Source of the DNA: Proteiniborus sp.
Lineage (GTDB): Bacteria > Bacillota > Clostridia > Tissierellales > Proteiniboraceae
Direction: 5' to 3'
Length of the DNA stretch: 64,000 nt
Assembly: GCF_040308045.1 (NCBI RefSeq)
Contig: NZ_JAWRHZ010000060.1
Coordinates: 41,197-105,196, forward strand
A program made the position numbers and the translations under genes. Below, piece by piece: positions 37,896-46,553 of this stretch (its first letter is position 1; every line of letters begins with the position of its first letter). Under the pieces are notes generated by a model. It did not search any database. It was not told the origin of the DNA and was given only the letters and a program-made list of their open reading frames with translations.

Positions 37896-38708
37896 ATGAG
37901 AGAAAAACGTAATATAATTTATAGATTATTAATGTATTCAATGATATTCATATTAGTATTACCATTACTTGTATTAATAATATGGAGCTTTTCTAAGAAC
38001 TGGTCATGGCCTAATATATTTCCTAGGGAAATAGGAATAAGAGGCTTAAAATACTTTTTTGACCCTAAAAGTAAGTCTTTTAGTACCCTATTAAGCAGTG
38101 TTTATTTATCAATGTTAGTCACTGTCATAACACTCATTATAACTTTACCTGCAGCTAAAGCATTAGCATTATATGAATTTAAAGGCAAGAAGATAGCAGA
38201 ATTTCTAATTCTTGCTCCATTAATGGTTTCTCCTGTAGCAGTTGCTATGGGTATTCACCTATCATTTATCAATCTAGGACTAGCTAATACCTTTATGGGA
38301 GTAGTCTTAGTACATTTGATTCCTTGTATACCATATAGTGTGCGGATATTAAAGAATGTATTTGAAATAACAGGAGAATCTATGGAAATGCAGGCAAGGG
38401 TTTTAGGGGCTAATCCATTTCAAGCCTTTACAAATATTACGTTACCAATTATAGCACCTGGTTTAGTATCGGCAGGAAGCTTGGTATTTACAGTATCCTT
38501 TAGTCAATATTTCTTAACCTTTTTAATAGGTGGAGGTAGAATAGTTACATTTCCAATGCTGATGTTTCCATTTGTACAAAGTGGAGATAGAATGATGGCA
38601 TCAGTTTATAGTGTTGTATTTATAATTACTACATTAATTTGCCTTCAAATAATGGAGAAGGTTATAAAAAAATATTATAAAAGTGGAAATTACTTTTTTA
38701 TGAATTAG
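37896..38708 (+). CDS. ABC importer permease (second)
   Basis: 270 aa, 6 TM. Confidence 0.85.
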   Translation: MREKRNIIYRLLMYSMIFILVLPLLVLIIWSFSKNWSWPNIFPREIGIRGLKYFFDPKSKSFSTLLSSVYLSMLVTVITLIITLPAAKALALYEFKGKKIAEFLILAPLMVSPVAVAMGIHLSFINLGLANTFMGVVLVHLIPCIPYSVRILKNVFEITGESMEMQARVLGANPFQAFTNITLPIIAPGLVSAGSLVFTVSFSQYFLTFLIGGGRIVTFPMLMFPFVQSGDRMMASVYSVVFIITTLICLQIMEKVIKKYYKSGNYFFMN

Positions 38709-38724
38709 ATAAGGGGAGTTTACT

Positions 38725-39768
38725 TTGTCACAGATAATATTAAAGAATATTATAAAATTTTTTGGGAATAAAAAAGTTCTTGATGATGTGAATCTAGTCG
38801 TAAAGGAAGGGGAAATGATATCATTATTAGGCCCTTCTGGCTGCGGCAAAACAACAACACTAAATATAGTAGCAGGTCTTCTAAAGCCAGATAATGGAGA
38901 TATACTCATCGGAGATAGCTCTATTTTAAATATACCAGTTGAAAAAAGAGGTGCAGTAATAGTATTTCAAGACTATCTATTATTTCCTCACTTAAATATA
39001 GCCCAAAATGTAGAGTTTGGACTTAAAATGGCAAAGGTAGATAAGGTTAAAAGACAAAATCAGGTAAAAAGAATGCTTGAGCTAGTTCAATTAGATGGTT
39101 ACGAAAAGAAATATCCAAATGAATTATCAGGGGGGCAAAAGCAAAGAGTTGCTCTTGCTAGAGCATTGGCAATAGAGCCAAAGGTACTTTTACTTGATGA
39201 GCCATTTTCTAATCTTGATATGAGATTAAGAGAGAATATGAGAGATTTTACTCTTCAAATACAGAGAAAGCTCAAAATAACTACTATATTAGTTACTCAC
39301 GATAAAGAAGAGGCACTTATGACATCTGATAAAATAGCTGTAATGCTTGATGGCAAGATAAGACAATTCGGAACTCCTACAGAGCTTTACCAAAGACCTA
39401 TATCTCCAGAAATAGCTGACTTTTTTGGTGAGAAGAATTACATTAGCGGATATATAAATGATGGTATGTTTGTTTCAGATATAGTTAGTGTTAAAACCGA
39501 ATACAATGAGCATTTATCAGTAAAGGCAATGATAAAACCTGAAGACATAGAATTACTTGAGCCTAGTAATGACACTGATATCATAGGTATAGTAAAGTCA
39601 AGGAAATATGCAGGAGATAGGATATATTATACAGTTATAGCCAATGACTTGGAGCTAAAGTGTATATCAGAGCCAAGGAAAATATATGATGTAGGAGATA
39701 AGGTTGAGGTTAATATAGATTTTAATAATGTAGTATTTTTTCCATTAGAGAAAGAAGTGATACTTTGA
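38725..39768 (+). CDS. ABC importer ATP-binding protein (PotA/FbpC-like, with a C-terminal regulatory/OB domain)
   Basis: GPSGCGKTT, LSGGQKQRVALARA, LLLDEPFSNLD. 347 aa. Confidence 0.85.
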   Translation: MSQIILKNIIKFFGNKKVLDDVNLVVKEGEMISLLGPSGCGKTTTLNIVAGLLKPDNGDILIGDSSILNIPVEKRGAVIVFQDYLLFPHLNIAQNVEFGLKMAKVDKVKRQNQVKRMLELVQLDGYEKKYPNELSGGQKQRVALARALAIEPKVLLLDEPFSNLDMRLRENMRDFTLQIQRKLKITTILVTHDKEEALMTSDKIAVMLDGKIRQFGTPTELYQRPISPEIADFFGEKNYISGYINDGMFVSDIVSVKTEYNEHLSVKAMIKPEDIELLEPSNDTDIIGIVKSRKYAGDRIYYTVIANDLELKCISEPRKIYDVGDKVEVNIDFNNVVFFPLEKEVIL

Positions 39769-40439
39769 TTTCAATAATAGTTCCTGTCCTTAATGAAGAA
39801 AAAACAATAGAGAATACTCTTACTAGGCTTTGCGATCTTCAGGGAGAAAAAGAGATAATTGTTGTAGACGGTGGAAGTAGCGACAATACAGTAAAGATAG
39901 CATCTAAATATGTTATTGTAATAGAAAGCCAAAAAGGTAGAGCAAAGCAAATGAACACTGGTGCTAGTGTAGCCAGAGGAAGCATATTATGGTTTGTTCA
40001 TTCAGATTCTGTAGTGTCAGAGGATTCTTTAAAAGGTATAGAAAATGCTATTAATAAAGGCTATATAGGAGGAGGATTTTCTCTATACTTTTATGACTAT
40101 GACACGAAGTTTATGAGATTTGTGTCTAAAAGCTCTACGTGGCGAGCCAAGTATTTAGGATTGTATTTTGGAGATCAAGGAGTATTTGTCAGAAAAGAAA
40201 TTTTCTATAAGCTAGGTGGATATAAAGAAATAGAGCTTATGGAGGACTGGGATTTGGCTAAGAGGCTAGGGAAAAAAGGTAAAATGAAAACCCTTAATAT
40301 TAAAATAGGAACCTCGGCAAGAAGATTCAAAACTGGAGGACAGCTTAGAACATTACTTCAAATGCATAAGCTTAAAGCATTATACATTCTAGGGGTATCC
40401 CCTTCAAAGCTTAACAAAATGTATAGGGAGGCAAGATAA
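39765..40439 (+). CDS. Family 2 glycosyltransferase of the TIGR04283 type ('rSAM/selenodomain-associated transferase 2', annotated as arsenosugar-biosynthesis GT)
   Basis: SIIVPVLNEEKTIENTL..., EIIVVDGGSSDNT, GRAKQMNTGA and WFVHSDS signatures as recalled for this family. TTG start overlaps the ATPase stop by 4 nt. Confidence 0.7.
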   Translation: MISIIVPVLNEEKTIENTLTRLCDLQGEKEIIVVDGGSSDNTVKIASKYVIVIESQKGRAKQMNTGASVARGSILWFVHSDSVVSEDSLKGIENAINKGYIGGGFSLYFYDYDTKFMRFVSKSSTWRAKYLGLYFGDQGVFVRKEIFYKLGGYKEIELMEDWDLAKRLGKKGKMKTLNIKIGTSARRFKTGGQLRTLLQMHKLKALYILGVSPSKLNKMYREAR

Positions 40440-41134
40440 TGAAGGCACTTATACTTATGACAAGAATACCTATACCTGGAAAGACTAAAACTAGGCTAAT
40501 GGATATCTTTACAGGAGAAAGATGTGCAGAGCTCCATGAATGCTTTTTATTGGACTTATTTAATATGTTTTATTATATAAAGAACCATGTTGATATTTTT
40601 CTAACATATACACCTGAAGGAAGTTTAAACATAATCGAAGATATAGTACCAGACTATATAAAATCCTTTCCTCAAATAGGTGAGGATTTAGGTGTTAGAA
40701 TGAGCAATGCCATCGAGCATGTGCTTAAATTAGGCTATAGTGAAGTAATACTTATAGGCTCAGATATACCAGATATACAGCCAGGCGAAATCCTAGAAGC
40801 TTTTAGTATTCTAAAAGACAATGATATATGCCTAGGACCTACCTTTGATGGTGGATATTATCTTATTGGAATGAAAAAGCCGTACAGAGAATTATTTAAT
40901 AGCAAGCTAAAATGGGGAAGAAATTCAGTTCTTGAGGGAACTATGGATATATCAAATAACCTTGGCTTAAGTATTGGGTTAGCAGCTAAGCATATGGATA
41001 TAGATACAAAAGAAGACTTATATACCTTTAAGGACAAGGTGGATAAAGGAGAATTTATGCATAAACCTATTCCTGAAAATACTATTAGCTATTTAAATAA
41101 ATGTTGGGGAGAAGAGAAATATGCTGAGAGATAG
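40439..41134 (+). CDS. DUF2064 / TIGR04282-type transferase ('rSAM/selenodomain-associated transferase 1')
   Basis: ALILMTRIPIPGKTKTRL N-terminus and GSDIPD, GPTFDGGYYLIG motifs. The ATG overlaps the upstream TAA by 1 nt. Confidence 0.7.
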   Translation: MKALILMTRIPIPGKTKTRLMDIFTGERCAELHECFLLDLFNMFYYIKNHVDIFLTYTPEGSLNIIEDIVPDYIKSFPQIGEDLGVRMSNAIEHVLKLGYSEVILIGSDIPDIQPGEILEAFSILKDNDICLGPTFDGGYYLIGMKKPYRELFNSKLKWGRNSVLEGTMDISNNLGLSIGLAAKHMDIDTKEDLYTFKDKVDKGEFMHKPIPENTISYLNKCWGEEKYAER

Positions 41135-42215
41135 ATTGAGAAAACAGATAAAAAAGTATCTAGTAAATGGCGGCTTACCAGCTTTCCATTGTGAGCTAAG
41201 CGAAGATTCTAATTGTCATTATAACCGCAACGAAGAACTTATATGTCATCTTGAACGAAGTGAGGGATCTCTTTTAACTGAGTTTGGAAACAACTATCAT
41301 GTAGACTTCCTAGCTCAAGGAGAGTACAACATAAATTTTTTAATAAAATCAAATGAGAAAAAATATGTATTTCGAGTAAACACAGGAAGTCAGCTACAGC
41401 TAGATAATCAAATTAAGTACGAATATGATGCATTAAAGACACTAGAGATAAGTAGAGTTACTCCAAAGGCTTTCTACGTGGATGATACCAAGAGCTTTTT
41501 TGACTATGGCATTTTAATAATGGAATTTTTAGAAGGCAGACCATTAAAATACAACAAAGACTTAAATAAGGCTGCAAGCATATTTGCTAGAATACACTCT
41601 TTAAAACTATCAGATAGAGATGCTAGTACCTTTATAATCGAAGATAATATTTTTAATGAAAGGATTCTAGAAAGTAGTAGGCTTTTAGAGGATTTTTTTG
41701 TATCAAACATTGTTTCTAAAGAACTTAAGAACTTTTTTGATAGCTTTTTAAACTGGGCTGAAAAGAATAAGCATAATGAGAAGTATTTCATAGAAAATAA
41801 ATGGCATGTAATAAATAATACTGAAGTAAATTCACATAATTTCATAATAGGTGATACACACAGCTATCTAATAGATTGGGAAAAACCGGTTATTAGTGAC
41901 CCTTGTCAAGATTTGACTCAGTTTCTATCACCTACAACTACTCTTTGGAAGACTGAGTATGTATTAAGTAAAGAAGAAAAGGAAAACTTCTTTAAAACAT
42001 ATATTGATGGTCTTAATAGGAAAGACAATAACATTAGGGAAAGAGTTCATTTGTACACTCCATACCTATATCTAAGGGCGTTATCCTGGTGCGCTTATGC
42101 TTATGTAGAGTATAATAAGCCTGATAAGAATATAAAGAATATGGATACGTATAAGAAGATTTTGGATTATCTTGATATAGATTTTATGAAAAGATTACTT
42201 AAGCATTATTTTTAG
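41121..42215 (+). CDS. Phosphotransferase (APH/choline-kinase-like) family protein with a non-canonical catalytic loop
   Basis: 364 aa. LIDWEKPVISDPCQDL matches the kinase IDWE...D motif. The usual HxDxxxxN loop reads NTEVNSHN. 14-nt overlap with the upstream gene. Confidence 0.55.
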   Translation: MLRDRLRKQIKKYLVNGGLPAFHCELSEDSNCHYNRNEELICHLERSEGSLLTEFGNNYHVDFLAQGEYNINFLIKSNEKKYVFRVNTGSQLQLDNQIKYEYDALKTLEISRVTPKAFYVDDTKSFFDYGILIMEFLEGRPLKYNKDLNKAASIFARIHSLKLSDRDASTFIIEDNIFNERILESSRLLEDFFVSNIVSKELKNFFDSFLNWAEKNKHNEKYFIENKWHVINNTEVNSHNFIIGDTHSYLIDWEKPVISDPCQDLTQFLSPTTTLWKTEYVLSKEEKENFFKTYIDGLNRKDNNIRERVHLYTPYLYLRALSWCAYAYVEYNKPDKNIKNMDTYKKILDYLDIDFMKRLLKHYF

Positions 42216-42305
42216 CCTATAGATTTGACATATTATCAAGTCCATAGGTTTTCTTATATATATATTCATGGCTTCAAAATAACGTAGACTAGCAATATAA
42301 ATTAT

Positions 42306-42333
42306 ATCTATAGTTTAAAGCAACACTATAGAT
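42306..42333. promoter_or_regulatory. Inverted repeat (candidate operator) upstream of the rhodanese operon
   Basis: ATCTATAG-N12-CTATAGAT, about 90 nt upstream of the 42422 start. Confidence 0.3.
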
Positions 42334-42421
42334 AATTGCAATTACAATTTTTAAAGCTTGTATGTTAAAATCATATCGGAGTTAATATAATATAAAAACT
42401 GAAACTGGGGGAGAATTTACG

Positions 42422-43714
42422 ATGAAAAAATTATTATTAATATTCGTAGTAATGTTATCATTAGTATTAGTGGCTACTGGTTGTTCAAATAGTGCCGATA
42501 CAGAAGCCAAAAAGGAGTATAATTATTATACCGCAAAGGAAACGAAGAAAGCGATTGAAAATGGTGATGATATCATATTACTTGATATACAAGTAAAAGA
42601 AGAATGGGATGCTCACCACATTAAAGGAGCTATACCAACTCATGCTTATCCAGTAAAAACTGACGAAGAAAAAGCAAAGCTAGATGCTGCTTTACCACAG
42701 TTAGAGGGAGAAAAACCTATTATTGTAATCTGTCCTGGTGGTGCTGGTGGTGCTACTAGAACCATTGATTATCTTCAAACAAAAGGAATTAGTGCCGACA
42801 GGTTATTTATATTAGAAAATGGTCAAAGCAAATGGCCGTATGATGAATTATTAGAAGATAAAGAGACAGCAGAAGAAACTATAGAATTCGTAGACACTAG
42901 CTATATTGTTGATGTTGATTGGTTAAAAGAAAACTTAGGTAGAGAAGATATACTTATTCTAGATGCAAGAGGAGCAGATGCTTATGCCAAAGGACATATA
43001 CCAGGTTCAATTGCTGTAATGTGGCAAAACTTTGCTGATATGTCAGGAGCACCTGGTGAAAATCTTAATTGGGGGACTGTACTTGAACCAAAGGCTTTAT
43101 CAGAAAAGCTATCTGAATTTGGAATAAGCAAGGAAAAAGAAATTGTAGTATACACTAGCACAAATGGTGGCTGGGGTGAAGATGGAAGAATAGTTTGGAT
43201 GCTTAATAGAGCAGGTTTTGATAATGTAAAGATGCTAGACGGTGGATTTGAATACTGGAAAGCTAACAAATATGAAGTATCTAAGGATATAATTGAGCCA
43301 ACTGCTGTAGCTGTTGAAGTAACAGCATTAGATAATTCAACTAATATTGAAACTGGAGAATTTGCAAGTAAAATAGGCAAAGTAGTCATAATAGATGTTA
43401 GAGAAAAAGACGAATATGAAGGAGCACAAAAATTTGGTGAAGTAAGGGGCGGACACTTACCAGGAGCCATAAATATAACATTTAATAAATTCTTAAATGA
43501 AGATGGTACACTAAAAACTGCACAAGAAATTAAGGCTATCCTTGATGAAAATGGAATTGAAAAGGATGATGAAATAATAACATATTGTACTGCGGGTATT
43601 CGTTCTGCTCACATGCAGGTAGTCCTATCTATGATGGGATACGAGAATGCAAAAAATTATGATGCTAGTTTTCATGCTTGGGCAGGAAGTGCAGATTTAG
43701 AATTACAAAAATAA
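42422..43714 (+). CDS. Secreted lipoprotein with three rhodanese modules (sulfurtransferase, YnjE-like)
   Basis: Lipobox LVATGC. Cys loops VICPGGAGGATR (module 1) and YCTAGIRSAH (module 3); module 2 lacks a Cys. Confidence 0.8.
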   Translation: MKKLLLIFVVMLSLVLVATGCSNSADTEAKKEYNYYTAKETKKAIENGDDIILLDIQVKEEWDAHHIKGAIPTHAYPVKTDEEKAKLDAALPQLEGEKPIIVICPGGAGGATRTIDYLQTKGISADRLFILENGQSKWPYDELLEDKETAEETIEFVDTSYIVDVDWLKENLGREDILILDARGADAYAKGHIPGSIAVMWQNFADMSGAPGENLNWGTVLEPKALSEKLSEFGISKEKEIVVYTSTNGGWGEDGRIVWMLNRAGFDNVKMLDGGFEYWKANKYEVSKDIIEPTAVAVEVTALDNSTNIETGEFASKIGKVVIIDVREKDEYEGAQKFGEVRGGHLPGAINITFNKFLNEDGTLKTAQEIKAILDENGIEKDDEIITYCTAGIRSAHMQVVLSMMGYENAKNYDASFHAWAGSADLELQK

Positions 43715-43743
43715 GAAGGCTAACCCTAAAGGTGTGAATTATA

Positions 43744-44457
43744 TTGAAAAAAATATTGGATTTTTTGAAAAAAATTAAAAAGCCAACTTGGATTAAGCTG
43801 GCAGTAATAATAGCTTTGATTTGTGCTTATTTATTTATTACTCCAGTAAAGGTAGCCATAAATAGAGCTGTATTTATTTTTAGCATGCTAGATGTAGAGG
43901 CAATAAAGGGATATATATTATCCTTTGGAATATGGGCACCGGTAGTATCCTTTTTACTAATGATATTTCAGTCAATAGCTGCACCGCTACCAGCATTTTT
44001 GATAACATTTGCCAATGCAGCTTTATTTGGATGGGTAAAGGGAGCAATACTTTCATGGACATCTTCCATGGCGGGGGCTGTTTTGTGCTTCTATATTGCT
44101 AGAATATATGGTAGAACTACTGTTGAAAGGCTTACAAATAGATTTGCTCTGCAAGAGGTAGATAAATTTTTTGATAAATATGGGAATTATGCGATTTTAA
44201 TTGCTAGATTACTTCCTTTTGTATCTTTTGATATTGTCAGCTATGCTGCTGGGCTTACTTCAATGAGTCTATGGTCTTTTTTATGGGCAACAGGTCTCGG
44301 GCAACTTCCAGCAACTATTGTGTATTCATACGTGGGAGGAATGTTAACTGGCGGAGTTAAAACTTTTGTAACAGCATTACTTATACTATTCTCATTGAGC
44401 ATATTAATATTCTTAATTAAGAAATTATGGGATGAGAAAAACAAGAAAACTGTTTAG
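43744..44457 (+). CDS. TVP38/TMEM64 (DedA/SNARE-associated) family membrane protein
   Basis: 237 aa, multi-TM, ARLLPFVSFDIVSYAAGLT signature. Confidence 0.8.
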   Translation: MKKILDFLKKIKKPTWIKLAVIIALICAYLFITPVKVAINRAVFIFSMLDVEAIKGYILSFGIWAPVVSFLLMIFQSIAAPLPAFLITFANAALFGWVKGAILSWTSSMAGAVLCFYIARIYGRTTVERLTNRFALQEVDKFFDKYGNYAILIARLLPFVSFDIVSYAAGLTSMSLWSFLWATGLGQLPATIVYSYVGGMLTGGVKTFVTALLILFSLSILIFLIKKLWDEKNKKTV

Positions 44458-44576
44458 TTAAAAGAGCTAGGGGTTGTTTAAAAGAAGCAATCCCTTTATC
44501 TATGCAGTAGCTAGCATTCAGAGAGTAGGCTTACTCTGAACTTGTATTTAGAGTTAATTAATGAAGGGTGTTTAAA

Positions 44577-45692
44577 ATGATTATTAGTGACAAAACAATG
44601 AAAATAATCAAAGAAGAGCAAAAATGCATAGGATGTAATGCCTGTATGAAAGGATGCCCTATGCTTGATAAACTCTGTGATTCACCAAAGGTACTGCTTA
44701 AGGACTTATTAGAAACTGGAACCTTTGATTATAAACTACCTTATTCCTGTATGCTTTGCGGGTACTGTACTAAAGTATGTCCTAAAGGAGTAGACCTAAA
44801 GAGCTTATTCTTAGAGCTTAGAAGAGATACAGTTAATCAAACAAATGGAAAGCTGCCTAAAGACCTTGGAACAAGTACAGTAGACTTCCATCAGAAGTTT
44901 AGCTTTTCAAAGCTATTTACATCAGGTATACAAAATCTACAATCTGATACTATATTTTTTCCAGGCTGTGCACTTATGTCATATAGCTTTGAAATAGTGC
45001 AGAAAACTTACAATTATCTTGGAGAAAAAATTCCTGGTATAGGTATATATAATAAATGCTGTGGTAAGCCTACAAGCTTTATGGGTAAGGAAGGGAAATT
45101 TAAAGAATATTTCTCAATGCTAGAAAATGAGTTTCAGAGTAAAAAGGTTAAGAAAGTGATTACTGGATGTCAAAATTGTTTTATGACAATATCTAATAAT
45201 AGCAATGCTGTAGAAGTAGTATCTCTATGGGAGGTGCTATCCTCTATAGGTGTTCCAGAAAATAGAAAAGGCATAGGAGAAAATATTGAGAATGAATTTA
45301 CTATCCATGACCCCTGTCCTACTAGAAATGTAAATGTAATTCATGAATCTGTTAGAAATATCATTGTTCAATTAGGACTCAAAGTAAAAGAAATGAGATA
45401 CAACCGTGGAAGGACTTTATGCTGTGGATCTGGAGGCATGGTTTCTGTAACTCAAAACCATATATCAAAGACACATACTGAAATAAGAGCTAATGAAGCA
45501 AGCACAGATTATATCATCACATATTGTCAGGAATGTGTAGAGTCAATGCGAAGAGGCGGAAAGAGCTCTTTTCATATACTTGACTTGCTTTTTAATGAGA
45601 AATTCGAAGATATGGAGCAAAAAAATAATTCAACATTAGAAAAATGGCTAAATAGGTATAAGGGAAAAAAGATTAAAGCTACATCCACTTAG
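44577..45692 (+). CDS. Fe-S oxidoreductase with two 4Fe-4S ferredoxin motifs and two CCG domains (HdrD/GlpC-like)
   Basis: CIGCNACMKGCP and CMLCGYCTKVCP, then NKCCGKP...GCQNC and LCCGSGG...YCQEC. ATG 44577 sits 6 nt after GAAGGGTG; the track start GTG 44568 lies inside the SD. Confidence 0.75.
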   Translation: MIISDKTMKIIKEEQKCIGCNACMKGCPMLDKLCDSPKVLLKDLLETGTFDYKLPYSCMLCGYCTKVCPKGVDLKSLFLELRRDTVNQTNGKLPKDLGTSTVDFHQKFSFSKLFTSGIQNLQSDTIFFPGCALMSYSFEIVQKTYNYLGEKIPGIGIYNKCCGKPTSFMGKEGKFKEYFSMLENEFQSKKVKKVITGCQNCFMTISNNSNAVEVVSLWEVLSSIGVPENRKGIGENIENEFTIHDPCPTRNVNVIHESVRNIIVQLGLKVKEMRYNRGRTLCCGSGGMVSVTQNHISKTHTEIRANEASTDYIITYCQECVESMRRGGKSSFHILDLLFNEKFEDMEQKNNSTLEKWLNRYKGKKIKATST

Positions 45693-45711
45693 TTATGTTA
45701 GGAAGTGAATT

Positions 45712-46377
45712 ATGAAGAATAAAAAGAATGCATTTAGATTGATAGTTTTAATTATATTAGTAATTGCGACTGCAGTGTTACTTAATAAATATAATTTTCT
45801 AAAAGGATATGGTCCCAATGAAATAAAGGAATATATTCAAGGTAAAGGGGCTATGGCTCCAATTATATATGTAGTAGCTTTAACTCTGTTACCTTTGCTG
45901 CTATTTCCTGATTCAGTTTTAGTTATTGCAGGAGGGATGATATTTGGTCTTTGGGAAGGAGTGGTCCTTACATCTATAGGATCCTTATTAGGTGGAATTA
46001 TAGCGTTTATTATTTCAAGAGTATTAGGAAAAGCAGTAGTTAAAAAGATTATAAAAAGAGATATAGTTTTTTTTGATAATAAAGGTACAAAAAGTGCATT
46101 TTTATTGATATTGATGCTAAGATTGATACCATTATTTCCATTTAAGATAGTAAGCTATAGTGCAGGTCTTACAGATATGAAACTGAGAGATTTTTCTTTA
46201 GCAACTGTTATTGGTTCATTACCAGGAATAATAGTATATTCAAACCTTGGGGATAAGACTACAAAATTAGGAACTACAGAATTCTATATTTCCATAGGAT
46301 TAGTAGTATTTCTGTTTGCAGTTTCATTAATAATAAAAAAGGTACTTCAACAAAAGGATAAAAGCCCTGGCTGGTAG
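45712..46377 (+). CDS. TVP38/TMEM64 family membrane protein (second copy)
   Basis: 221 aa, RLIPLFPFKIVSYSAGLT signature. Confidence 0.8.
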   Translation: MKNKKNAFRLIVLIILVIATAVLLNKYNFLKGYGPNEIKEYIQGKGAMAPIIYVVALTLLPLLLFPDSVLVIAGGMIFGLWEGVVLTSIGSLLGGIIAFIISRVLGKAVVKKIIKRDIVFFDNKGTKSAFLLILMLRLIPLFPFKIVSYSAGLTDMKLRDFSLATVIGSLPGIIVYSNLGDKTTKLGTTEFYISIGLVVFLFAVSLIIKKVLQQKDKSPGW

Positions 46378-46553
46378 ATTTCACATATAGTGAGTTCCCT
46401 AGCAGGGCTAAAGTTTTCGAAAGATAAGCATTTAAAAATTTTATAAAGTTATAGACACTTATTATTTTTTTCAGTAATCATTTTATTCATGATTTATTTA
46501 TGCTAATATATTTTTGGTCTCACAATAATTATTTAAAAAAGAGGAGCGATAAA

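Noticed and set aside
42982-43470. 162-aa minus-strand ORF
   Set aside because: Shadow of the rhodanese lipoprotein gene.
46500-46553. Upstream extension MLIYFWSHNNYLKKRSDK of the second rhodanese
   Set aside because: AGAGGAG lies inside it, 7 nt before ATG 46554, and the shorter form begins with a normal lipoprotein signal.
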